Assembly (NCBI GenBank): GCA_965219385.1
Contig: CBDCNM010000002.1
Span: forward strand, 1,234,936-1,298,935
Source: Candidatus Latescibacterota bacterium
GTDB lineage: Bacteria > Latescibacterota > UBA2968 > UBA8231
Reading direction: 5' to 3'
Length of the DNA: 64,000 bases
Below, one piece after another: positions 49,620 through 60,160 of this stretch. The notes under the pieces are model-generated. The model had not been told where the DNA came from. It saw only the letters and a list, made by a program, of their open reading frames with translations, and did no database searches. The first letter of the stretch is position 1, and each line of letters begins with the position of its first letter. Both the position numbers and the translations under genes were made by a program.

Positions 49620-50886
49620 AGCCACCCCGCCGCTAGTACAGCCCCCGGCTTGGGCCGTGTTGGAACGGCAGCTTTTCCAAGTCATGGAGGACGCCGTCCA
49701 TCCATTCTTGGAAAAGTACACCCATCCCGACGGCCGCTTGATTTGGCACGACGGCCTGCACCACACCCGCGACGGGGCCGACGACTTCTACGAGAGCTTC
49801 TACAACTGGCCGCTGCTGTACCTGCTCGGCGGCGGCGACCAGTTGCTCACTCTCGGCCAGCGGCAGTGGGAGGCCACCACCGCGCTGATGGCAGAGTACG
49901 GCCACGTGTACAAGGAATACGAGAGCGGCTACGACCAGTTCCACCAGAGCGAGAGCTATATCTACTTCTACCTGCTGACCCGACCCACGCCGAGAATGTG
50001 GCGCGGGCGCGGCGCTTTGCTGGGTTCTATCTCAACGAAGACCCAGAGGCCCTCAACTACGACCCAGAGCACAAAATCATCAAGTGCGCCCACAACGGGA
50101 GCAAGGGGCCGCTCTGGCTGTTCGAAGAGGACGAGGAGCCGTCGTATGGATGGGTACAGTCCAGGGATGGCGCGCTATGGCCTGCCCTACGAGGACTTAG
50201 AGGGGATTGATGAGCCTGCCGACCTCAAGGACCCGGAGAAGGCGCGGCGCATGGGGCAGGCCATGAAGGAGCGCATGGCCCGGGGCGATTGCGCCACCAA
50301 CCTGCACGTCACCTCGCTGATCGCCAACGCCTGCTACCTGACCGGTGACGACAAATACCGCGCTTGGCTGCTCGAATACGTGGCTACGTGGATCGAAAGG
50401 GCCACGGCCAATGGGGGCCTGTTGCCCGACAACGTGGGGCTGAGCGGGCAGGTCGGAGAATACATGGAAGGGCGGTATGGGAGCATGTACGGCTGGACGT
50501 GGCCGCACGGGTTACAACATCGCCCGGCCATTTTGGCCGGAACCCATTGCTATGTGCTGACCGGTGAGGAAAAGTATCTCGAACTGCCCCGTACCCAGCT
50601 TAGAAAGGTGCTAGAGCAGAGGAAAATGACCGACTTGGGCCAAATCGAGATGAGCTTGGGCGAGCACTGGATCGGCCAGCTAACCGCTCTCGGCGACGAC
50701 AAGGTCAGCTTTGTAGTGCCCTATTGCTACGGGGCCAAGGGGTGGTCGGACTTCCAGCCGCTGGCGGCCATGTATCCGGCCGCGCTGTGGAACGTGAGCG
50801 GGGCGGCGGTCAATTGGGAGATGCTCGTAGCGCTCCGTGCCAAAGAGCGCTACGACTGGCGCACGGTCGTGTACGCCCTCCGCTAG
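49606..50886 (+). pseudogene. Hypothetical enzyme-like gene, frameshifted and 3'-truncated by IS91
   Basis: DGADDFYESFYNWP; the plausible protein continues in another frame at about 49980-50150; ends at the IS91 fragment. Confidence 0.6.
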
Positions 50887-51366
50887 CAGCAGGCCGACTA
50901 CAGCGCATTGATGCCGATCACCTTACCTTCCGGCTCAAAACCACCTGGTCGGATGGGACGACCCACCTGCTGGTGTCGCCATTAGAGTTGATTGAAAAGC
51001 TGGCCGCCCGCATCCCACCGCCCCGAGTCAAGCTAGGGCGTTATCACGGCCTCCGGGCGCCCAATGCCCGCGCTCGCAGTCAGGTCGGGCCCGGTCCGCC
51101 GTCGCCCGCAACGTCTACCGCGCCTGGAGCGTCTGGTCCACCTATCCACCCCCATCAGGCTCCCTTGGGCGGCTCTATTGGCTCGGGTCTTTGCCCTCGA
51201 CGTCACCGTCTGCCCCGCCTGCGGCGGACGTCTGCGCCTCATCGCCGCCCTGACCGACCCCGCGTCCATACGGCGTTATCTACAAGGCGTCGGGCTAGCG
51301 ACCCAACCTCCGCCGATTACGCCGCCCCGCCCTCCCCCCCAGCAGGCGTGGGATTTCGCCGCCTAA

Positions 51367-51577
51367 TATTACTTTGTCGATTAGGAGTGCTGGTTCCATA
51401 AGTCCCTATTTTTCAGCAGATTATCGAAAGGGGTGAAAGCGATCTGTTTGGGGTAATGCGCTGTTTCTTCGGACCTTACGGCACAATTCCTGATCGGTAT
51501 TGGCCGAAAGATTGCGACCAAAATAGGCAAAAATAGTGGGCCAATGAGCACGTTATCCGCCAATTAACAAAGTAGTA
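51367..51577. mobile_element. Small non-coding TIR element (MITE-like)
   Basis: TATTACTTTGTCGATT / AATTAACAAAGTAGTA imperfect inverted ends, TA-bounded. Confidence 0.55.
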
Positions 51578-51581
51578 CTTA

Positions 51582-52486
51582 GAGTCTCTAACAAAACCTT
51601 GGAATCGCGTATAGGCTTCATTATATTCTTATCCTCTTCGGTATTGCTTCTACCGTCTTGATATGGAGGTGTTTTTGATGGCCAAGCCGTTACTCGACGA
51701 TGGGTTATGGGCCTTGATTGAACCGGTTTTGCCCCCCGTAACCGTTGGCCCCCAAGGGGGGCGGCCTCGGCTGGATAACCGTAGGGTGCTGACCGGCATT
51801 CTCTTTGTGCTCAAGACGGGTATCCCTTGGGAGTATTTGCCTCAAGAGATGGGGTGCGGTTCGGGGATGACCTGTTGGCGTCGCCTGCACGCTTGGCAAC
51901 AAGCCGGGGTCTGGAAAAGAGTCCATCATATCCTGTTGAACCGACTGAGGGCCGCCGACCGGATTGATTGGTCTCGTGCGGTGGTCGATAGTGCCTCGGT
52001 GCGGGCGGTTGGGGGGGGGCGCACACCGGTCCCAATCCGACGGACCGCGGCAAACCCGGTAGCAAACACCATGTAATCACCGATGCCCAAGGGGTGCCGT
52101 TGGCGGCGGGGGTGACGGGGGCCCATCGGCATGATGTGACGCAGCTGTTGCCGTTGGTGGATCGCATACCCCCGGTGGCCGGTCGGGTCGGCCGCCCGCG
52201 TCGTCGGCCGGATCGGGTGCAAGGGGATCGGGCCTATGATTCGCAAGCCCATCGGCGCGCCTTGCGTAAGCGGGGCATCGGCTCGGTGTTGGCTCGGCGA
52301 GGGCAAGCCCACGGCAGCGGCTTGGGCGTCTATCGGTGGGTGGTGGAACGAACGTTGGCATGGTTGCACCAATTCCGTCGGCTTCGAGTCCGCTGGGAGC
52401 GACGAGGTGATCTCCATGAAGCCTTTCTCGACATCGGATGTATTCTCATCTGTTGGAAGTACCTCAAAGAGTTTTGTTAGGGCCTC
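51582..52486 (+). mobile_element. IS5-family element (IS427-like, two ORFs)
   Basis: TIR GAGTCTCTAACAAAAC / GTTTTGTTAGGGCCTC with TA flanks. ORFs 51678-52076 and to 52480 join at a G9 run (52011-52019); motifs GDRAYDS and RWVVERT. Confidence 0.9.
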
Positions 52487-52851
52487 TAAGCCCAGGCGCG
52501 ATACGCTCTCGTTGCTTGGCCGCCCCTCAGCCGATAGGGTCGGGCCTCGAAGTGCATCTACGCCCGGCCCCTGCCGCCCTCGCACAAGCCCTGGCCGCCA
52601 GCGGGCCGGCCGAGTCAGCCGCAGAAGCCGCGCACAGGCCGCCCCCCAGCAGGGCCGACGCCTTATAGCCAAGCGCGCCGCAACGCACAGCCAGGCCGCT
52701 CCAAAGACACCTACACCGCTTGACCTGACCCCCTAAAAGGCCCTTTATAGTTCCTATACATACTCGAAGAAGACGTGCTCCAGTCGATAAGACACGCGGC
52801 GTGGGGCGTCTCTGATCAGTTGGAATATCCGCGTAGAGATAGTACGCTGAG

Positions 52852-54347
52852 ATGAAAAAAGTTTTGCTGTGCTGGGTCGGCACTACAGATTTGCGTGCCT
52901 CACAAGGAGATGATGTTGGCGAGGGTCCTATCGCACAGGTAGTGGAAGAGCTCGGGTTTGACGAGGTATTTTTGATTACAAACTACCTATCCGATGACCG
53001 TGTAACTACGTACGTCGAATGGGCAAAAAAAAGGAGCTCGACGCCGTACCGACTATATGAGGAGGAGCTTTCAAGTCCGACCCACTTTGGCGAAATTTAC
53101 GAAGCTGCAGTGCGCGTTTGCACAGTGGCTTTAGGCGAACAGCGCGATCAAGTGGAATTGACTTTTCACCTTAGTCCTGGTACGCCGGCAATGGCCGCGG
53201 TGTGGGTCATCTTAGCGAAAACGCGCTTTCCCGCTGAATTGATCGAGTCTTCAAGAGAATACGGCGTTCAAACGGCATCTGTTCCCTTCGATATTTCGGC
53301 AGAATTTTTGCCCGACCTTCTGCTCAAACCCGACGAGCAGCTCCGCTCGGTCAGTGCAGAGAAACCCATAGAATCGGCAAATTTTGCAGACATACACTAC
53401 CGAAGTCCGATTATGGCAAGTTTGGTCGAAAGAGCGCAGCGTGTCGCGTTTCGGAACGTTCCCGTTTTGCTCGAAGGCGAATCCGGCACCGGGAAAGAAC
53501 TTTTTGCCCGCGCTATTCACCAACACAGCCCGAGAAGGGATGAGCCATTTATCGCGGTGAACTGCGGTGCAATTCCGCAATCTCTTGTGGAATCCGAACT
53601 GTTTGGACACGAAAAAGACGCGTTTACCGGCGCAAATGCCCCGCGCAAAGGTCATTTTGAGTCGGCCAATGGCGGTACGCTCTTTTTGGATGAAATCGGC
53701 GAGTTGCCCAAAGATATGCAGGTGAGATTGTTGCGCGTCCTCCAAGAAGGCGAGGTCGTCCGGCTCGGTACATCCAAACCCATCAACGTAGATGTACGCA
53801 TTGTGACGGCAACAAACCGGACTCTCATTGAGGAAGTAGGCGAAGGACGATTTCGAGAGGATTTGTTTTATCGGATTGCAGTGGCCTATCTCAAATTGCC
53901 TCCCTTGCGGGACCGCCCGGGGGATTTGGGTCTGCTGATTGACCATTTGATCGAACAGATCAGTCAGGAAAGCGAGGAACAGCCTGGATATCGACGTAAA
54001 AAATTTCCCCTAACGCAAAAAATATTCTCCTAAACCACGATTGGCCGGGCAATATACGTGAGTTGCAAAACACGCTTAGACGTGCAATGGTGTGGACAGA
54101 CGGCGAAATTCTCAAAAAACAAGATATTGAAGAGGCCTTCTTACCCATCTACGATAAGAGGGACGGAGATATATTGAACCGCCCATTAGGTGGGGATTTT
54201 AGCCTGCCTGATCTCATTAGCGAAGTCGCCAGACATTATCTTCAGCGTGCCGAGGAGGAATCTAAAACGAAAACAGAAGCTGCAGAACGGTTAGGATTGT
54301 CTAATCGTCAGACGTTTAACAACTGGAAAGAGAAGCACAAGGTATAG
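52852..54347 (+). CDS. sigma54-dependent activator with N-terminal CARF/RtcR-like domain, frameshifted at about 54000
   Basis: N-terminal WVGTTDL...[13 protein letters not shown]+ motifs [38 protein letters not shown] and the Fis-type HTH lie in another frame after an A6 run. Confidence 0.88.
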
Positions 54348-54378
54348 GAATTTCAAAAAAATCGACTTTTGGGTAAGG

Positions 54379-54395
54379 TTGGCACGAAATGTGCT
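54379..54395 (+). promoter_or_regulatory. sigma54 (-24/-12) promoter
   Basis: TTGGCACGAAATGTGCT with exact GG-N10-GC spacing, about 30 bp after the activator stop. Confidence 0.8.
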
Positions 54396-54453
54396 TACTT
54401 ATGGGGACAGCACGTTAAGACAACCACCAACCCGAAAATAGAAAGGACTGATT

Positions 54454-54615
54454 ATGGCTAGAAGAATCCGCAGCGACGCACGGGTAGGAACAGTCGAGAA
54501 AAAGTTGGGCATTGGGAACAGTATCACGAATCCCAGTGGGCGAAATGCCCGCTCCGATAAAAAATTTGGGAGCCTGCGCAGGAGTTGGGAAAAGTCTAGC
54601 AAGAAGCGTTCTTAG
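54454..54615 (+). CDS. Small basic protein, 53 aa (not in the ORF track)
   Basis: GAAAGGA RBS; MARRIRSDARVGTVEKKLGIGNSITNPSGRNARSDKKFGSLRRSWEKSSKKRS. Confidence 0.75.
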   Translation: MARRIRSDARVGTVEKKLGIGNSITNPSGRNARSDKKFGSLRRSWEKSSKKRS

Positions 54616-54704
54616 GACCGCTTGGGGATCGAAACTATCCCACGAACCGGAAGGACCAAAATCAAATGAAGTGTCGTAAATCCTATATGAAAGGAGGTGA
54701 TTCT

Positions 54705-54779
54705 ATGACAAAATGGCTACCGCTTGTCTTTCAGCTAGCTATTATCGTCATAGACAACTGGCCGTCGAATCGGCGATAG
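54705..54779 (+). CDS. Hydrophobic peptide, 24 aa (not in the ORF track)
   Basis: AAGGAGGTGA RBS; MTKWLPLVFQLAIIVIDNWPSNRR. Confidence 0.65.
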   Translation: MTKWLPLVFQLAIIVIDNWPSNRR

Positions 54780-54793
54780 CAGCTTGAACGAGC

Positions 54794-54827
54794 ATCAGGG
54801 GACGGGGGCCTTCTTCGTCTCCCTGAT
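54794..54827 (+). terminator. Hairpin closing the small-ORF unit
   Basis: ATCAGGG-GACGGGG-loop-CTTCGTC-T-CCCTGAT. Confidence 0.55.
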
Positions 54828-54834
54828 AAATTTC

Positions 54835-54863
54835 TTGACAACTTCACGTATTTTTTATATGCT
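54835..54863 (+). promoter_or_regulatory. sigma70 promoter for the ATPase gene
   Basis: TTGACA-17 nt-TATGCT. Confidence 0.75.
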
Positions 54864-54948
54864 AGACAGATCCCGAATAAACCGAGTCATTTCTAAACTC
54901 AAGAGTTCATAACTTATTTGTAACTCTTTTACCAATCTGTAAGAAATC

Positions 54949-56454
54949 ATGGCTAATTTAGATATTAAAAATATTGTTGAAACTTTTGGGAAGGGACTTG
55001 ACCCTGAGAAGGACCCGTCGCTTAAAAGGTTTATGGAAAGGCTTGTGGAAAGCTTTTTAGGAGAAGTATTACAGCCTGAAAATTTCAATAAGCTCAATCA
55101 ATACAATATTACATCTATCACCATTGAAAATTTCAAATGCATTGACGATGCTGTGACCATTCCCATTCGCCCCATCACCTTATTGTTTGGCAAAAACAGT
55201 GCGGGCAAATCGACGGTGTTGCAGGCACTTGACTATTACCACAAAATTTGGCAGGACCAATCTGACAAAATTGGAACCACATTATTCGGTTTGGAAATGA
55301 GTGGTGGCTATACTATCGATTTTAGAGATTTTCGTTCCTTGGTACATCGTCATGAGTTAGATCGAAAAATTCGAATCCGCGTCGAATATACCAGCGTTAT
55401 TAGTGACATATCACAAAATAAATTTTATCAATGGAGCGAAATAGTAACAGGCTGTAAAGAGAAATATCCCGATAATTTAGAGTCATTATTAATTGGGTGG
55501 AGCATGAATGGTGAAGAACTGGTGCATCTCAGTTTGAAACTAGAAGAAACATATGATGATACAGTCGATGGCTCTAATGGTGAGGAATTGATTCGACAAG
55601 AAAAAGAAGATTTCCCAGAGGATTTTCCATTTGAAATATATGTAAATGCTGCTAATACTAATCAGGCTCAGAGGACTTTTATAGATCTCTACTTATCCAT
55701 GCTTAATAATTCTTCGTCATTTGAATCGCAAGAATCTACAAACAGATCTGGCAGTGATCCTTTTGGTTTCGACTTTCTACATTTGGGCCCATTCCGTGAA
55801 GTGCTCCAAACGTCCGATACATCATGGAAAAAAGGACTCGCATATCTGGCCAGCCGAATGCTCAAACTATTTGGACACGAAATCCAAACGCCCGATACAT
55901 CATGGGAAAAAGGACTCGCAGCTTGGAAGGTACTTTCAAGAGACCCTAAACTGGTCGAAAAAACAAACCACTATATACAAAATGTTTTGAATCTTGGATA
56001 TAGTATCAATTGTCAGAAACACAACTCCACTGATCTTGGACAATGGCCTCGTCTCCATGATGAAAACAATGATATAGATGTTCGTCTCTCAGATATTGGT
56101 GTTGGCATTGCCCAAGTTATTCCCGTTATAGTCGGGGCATTAGATGACGGCCATAGCCCTAGAATCTTTGCAGTTGAACAGCCAGAACTTCATATTCATC
56201 CCGCCATTCAAGTGGCCTTGGGCGACGTGTTCATTGACAGTATAAAGAGCATAAAGAGCAGCGATTATTCTAATACTGAGGTTTTTGATAAGTTGTTTGA
56301 TAAGTCTTTTTCTATGCTGGAAAATAACAATAAAAAACTCCTCGACAGAATAAAAAACCTCGATGATTCTGCTATTGATATCGGCATGATAGAAGACAAA
56401 ATGATAGAAGACAAAGATATCCTTGATGTTGAAGTGTCCTTAGAAGCCGTCTGA
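54949..56454 (+). pseudogene. ABC-type (AAA_15/AAA_21-like) ATPase, 3'-truncated by IS5
   Basis: IENFK, Walker A GKNSAGKS, signature DIGVGIAQVIP, Walker B EQPELHIHP. No H-loop follows and the stop codon lies inside the IS end. Confidence 0.8.
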
Positions 56455-57347
56455 AAACCCTCTGATGTAGCCGCATTTGAACGGGCGTACTCATCGAGCC
56501 ATATTCAGGTTTCACCACAAACTCTGAACAGAAAGGCTTGTATGATGAGTACACCGCGTATGCAATATGCCACCGATCTAACCGATTGCTGCCCGCGCCG
56601 CGCTGGCGGCTTCACGGTCCGGGTCGGCCGCCGCGGGATCGACGCCAGCTTGTCAACGGCCTTTTGTATTTGAACAAGACGGGGTGTCCTTGGGCGTTGT
56701 TGCCTGCTTGTTTTGGGCCGTGGAAAACGGTGTATGATTACTTTCGTCGCTGGAGCCTGCAAGGGGTCTGGCCGCTGGTGTTGGATCGGCTGACTAAGAG
56801 GGAGCGCCGCCAGAGCGGCCGGGCTGCGATGCCGTCGGCTGGCGTAGTCGATAGTCAGACGATTAAGACCGCAACGCATGGTAAAACAACCGGTTATGAC
56901 GCCGGCAAAAAGATCAAAGGCCGCAAACGGCATCTGTTGGTGGACCCGTCGGGTTTGCTTCGACAGGTGGTGGTCACCGCCGCCGATGTCGAGGATCGAG
57001 AGGGTTTGAAGCAGGTGTTGACCCGCTTGAAGGCCGCCGGCGTGGCTCGGTTACGCAAGCTGTGGGTTGATGGCGGCTACCAAGGCGAGGCCATCCGAAC
57101 GTGGGTGGCCAACCAAAAAAAGACGCACAAAATAGACTTGGAAGTCGTCGCCAAACAAGGCTCCGGATTTACCGTAGTTAAACGCCGGTGGGTCGTCGAG
57201 CGCACGTTTGCGTGGTTGATGAATTTTCGCCGACATGCCCGAGATTATGAGGTCTTGACCCGCCATAGTGAAGCCTTGATCCAGATTGCCATGATCCACT
57301 TGCTACTTAAACGAATCAAATGAAAATTAGAGTTTTCAGACGGCTTC
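56443..57347 (+). mobile_element. IS5-family element (IS1031-like)
   Basis: Perfect 15-bp TIR GAAGCCGTCTGAAAA; motifs VDSQ, GYDAGKKIKGRKRH, DGGY, RWVVERTFAW. The N-terminal YATDLTD is out of frame. Confidence 0.92.
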
Positions 57348-57352
57348 TAACG

Positions 57353-58369
57353 ATGATCCATGAATATGCACTGGAACCCGAACTTGTTGTAACATGGGGT
57401 GATCTTACACTCTGTGACCACTTCATTGATCAATTTGGCTTTAATCTAGACGGCGAAGTAACTGGCCGCGTGGTAGCTCAATACCCTGAGGATTGGGCTA
57501 AAAAAGTTCGTGACACACTCACAGAAACTCCGCTTACGCCTGTACAGAAAACACGCGTAGTGGAATTGTTGAAGTATATGATGGAGAAAAGACAACCAAA
57601 AGTCGTCCGTTCTTATACTTCTATATTTTGGGATCCAAAAAAACCATGGCTTGAAAATGCTGAAGAGGAGAACATTAGTCGTCCTTTTCACGCGATTCTT
57701 GCCAGCGACAATCCAAGAGAAAACCCACGCGTGATACTCGGAAACAGTGTATTCCCCATAGATCCTAGAAATCAACGACCTCCACTTTGGCGCGTGTCTC
57801 GTGAAAAACCGGTACCTAGGACTGCGGCTTTGATCGCAACACACCTCGAGCCAATGCTGCGTTGTGCAACGCGAATCCTTTTTGTTGATCCACATTTTCG
57901 TGCACGACCCCCGAGATGGCAGGAGCCTTTAAGAAGATTTCTAAAAATCATTTGCGACGGTAGCCGTGAGGTCACACTCGAATACCACGTCTCAGCCTGC
58001 TACAGAGAAGCACCGACTTGGTACAAATTTCTCGATGAATGCAAACAGGCCCTCCCGTGTCTCATTCCTCGTGGTTTCACGCTTACTATTCGCCGTTGGA
58101 AGGATTGGGATGTTGATGAGGAACTTCATGACCGCTATATCCTCACCGATATCGGTGGCGTAGCGATTCCTAAAGGTCTCAGCGAAAAAGGCCGAGACAC
58201 AATTGATATCTTACGTTTAAGCATCGAAACTTGGCAGCAACGATTAGAAAATTACGGTTATTACTATTACGACGCTCCTGCTTTTTCCGTATCAAAGCCA
58301 AAACCTCCTGCATTTGATCCAGGTGATCCCGCAGAAACAGTAACTATCTCCGGCTGTTGTGATGCATGA
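57353..58369 (+). CDS. Hypothetical protein with possible PLD-like nuclease domain
   Basis: Starts MIHEYALEPE; contains ILFVDPHF and LHDRYILTDIGG. Confidence 0.7.
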   Translation: MIHEYALEPELVVTWGDLTLCDHFIDQFGFNLDGEVTGRVVAQYPEDWAKKVRDTLTETPLTPVQKTRVVELLKYMMEKRQPKVVRSYTSIFWDPKKPWLENAEEENISRPFHAILASDNPRENPRVILGNSVFPIDPRNQRPPLWRVSREKPVPRTAALIATHLEPMLRCATRILFVDPHFRARPPRWQEPLRRFLKIICDGSREVTLEYHVSACYREAPTWYKFLDECKQALPCLIPRGFTLTIRRWKDWDVDEELHDRYILTDIGGVAIPKGLSEKGRDTIDILRLSIETWQQRLENYGYYYYDAPAFSVSKPKPPAFDPGDPAETVTISGCCDA

Positions 58370-58381
58370 GTGTTCACCACC

Positions 58382-59150
58382 TCATCCCCGAAACGGATTC
58401 TCCTCCCCCTCAGCCCGGTGCCGATAGAGCGGCTTGACCGCCTCCGGCAGGGCTTCGTAGGCCTCTCTCGGCACAATCGCATTGTTGCGCCCCCCAAATT
58501 CCACGCTCAACCACCACGGACAATAGCGCGTGATGATCGCCACCCTCGGCTCCGGGCTGGGATTCGCCGCGGTCGAATGCCATATCCGGCTGTCCATCAC
58601 CAGCGCACTGCCAGCCGGGCTGACGACCTGGATCTCCCCGCGAATCGGCTTGAACTGATCGATCCGCTCTTCCAGCCCTTCGGGCGTCTGGTGCATCCGC
58701 GTGGTTGAGCGGGTCGCGGTGGCTGCGCGGTACCACCCACGTCCCGCCCGTTTCTGGGCCAAACGGCGACAGCATCCACAGCACCGATAGCTGCATGGTC
58801 GCGTCTGGGAAGGGCTGAGCCACCCGGCCAGCGAGGTCCCTGTCGGTCAGGTCGTGTGGCCAATCCGAGTGGAAGCCGCGCCAGTCCAAGTCCTCGCGGT
58901 TGGGTGCTTGCGTTTTAAACTCAGTCTGTGCGATCCGCACGTGCCCCCCAAAAACCACCTGCGCCACCCCCAACAAACGCTCGTCGCCCAAATAGGGCGC
59001 AAACTCCGGCAAATACGCGATCAGGCAAACGCCCGGCTCGCTGTTGGGGCTTCACCCGCAAGCGCGTCCCACAGCCCTGGGACGCCCGCGATGGGCGCGG
59101 GGTGGCCGTGGCGGCGGGGGATGAGGGTGCGTCTGCACCATCCGGGCGGG
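58382..59150 (-). pseudogene. Phytanoyl-CoA dioxygenase (PhyH) family, frameshifted
   Basis: HSDWP, GGTWVVPRSH and GSALVMDSRIWH...R split across frames. Confidence 0.8.
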
Positions 59151-59495
59151 GCGCAGACGCGGCGCCTGCTCTACCTCAAGTAGGCAGCGCATCTAGATCA
59201 GGGCCAGCGCCGGAGAGGAAGTTGAAGAAATACAACCTCGCCAGAGACTGAACCGGACGCCGGCGTTCGTCAACCGACCCTTGGCATCTATGGAAGGAGA
59301 CATTCCCATGGACTGGACAGGTATCCGACCCGGCGGGCGACCGCGGGGTTTTCAGCACAAGCATTCACTCCCTCCGGCGAGGGCGTGCGTTCAGCGCCTT
59401 GATTGAGGGCCAAAAAAGTGTCTTATTTTACCCATACTCCAGCATCGATGTTGTTCCTGACCCTAGCGGGAAGATTGGGAACAAAGGAAGAACAT

Positions 59496-59881
59496 GTATG
59501 TTTAATCTGCGTCTCAGTTTAGTCGTCTTGGCTGCCATCTGTATCACGAATCAATTATCGCTGGTTTCCCTAGCCCGTGCGGTTGTGCAGGACGATTCTG
59601 ACAGGATTTTTCAACTTGAAGAAACTGTCGTCACCGCGGAGCGGATGGAAAACTCGCTTCTTGCATCTACCGCTGCTGTGTCGGTGCGTACCAGCGCCGA
59701 GATGGAGTTCCTGCCACTAAAAAACCTCGCCGCTGCGCTGGAGATGTTGGCAACGCTGCGCGGTTTTTACGGTGGTGGCGAAGCAGAGTATCTGCTTGTT
59801 ATGATAGATGGAAGGCCAATCAATGAGCTTAAGAAAGGGTTGATGAATTGGAATGCCATTCCGCTTGCAAGTAAAGGTTGA
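59496..59881 (+). pseudogene. TonB-dependent receptor N-terminal/plug remnant
   Basis: Signal peptide, LEETVVTAER TonB-box-like segment, LRGF...LVMIDG.P; truncated. Confidence 0.7.
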
Positions 59882-60160
59882 GGGCGAGGGCATCGAGATC
59901 CAAACGCTGCGCACGGCCGGACACGCCCGGACTTATGAATCACACCGGTATGGTACGGCCTGAAGGTAGCCAAATCAACCAGAAAATGGGCTCCCCTAGC
60001 CGCAGAGCACTGGATGGGCCCGCCAGACTGGCCTGCTGAAATTAATCAGGGGAGCCGGCCCGGTCGCTGGACTACGGATGACGAGCCGGCCTCGGCCAAC
60101 CTTGCCCCCATAGACAAAAGTTACACATATTCTAGAGATCTCAGGACGGAGTCTGTAGAA

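Larger units (their letters stand above)
50880..52759 (+). mobile_element. IS91/ISCR (Y2 transposase) C-terminal fragment and oriIS end, copy 2, split by insertions
   Basis: WSDGTTH...LAARIPPPR...RYHG..APN and WAALLARVF...CPACGG; ends TTTATAGTTCCTATAC, like ISCR oriIS. Confidence 0.8.

Noticed and set aside
53998..54006. Programmed -1 ribosomal frameshift in the sigma54 activator
   Set aside because: The A6 run is not phased as an X XXY YYZ heptamer; a single-base deletion is the simpler explanation.
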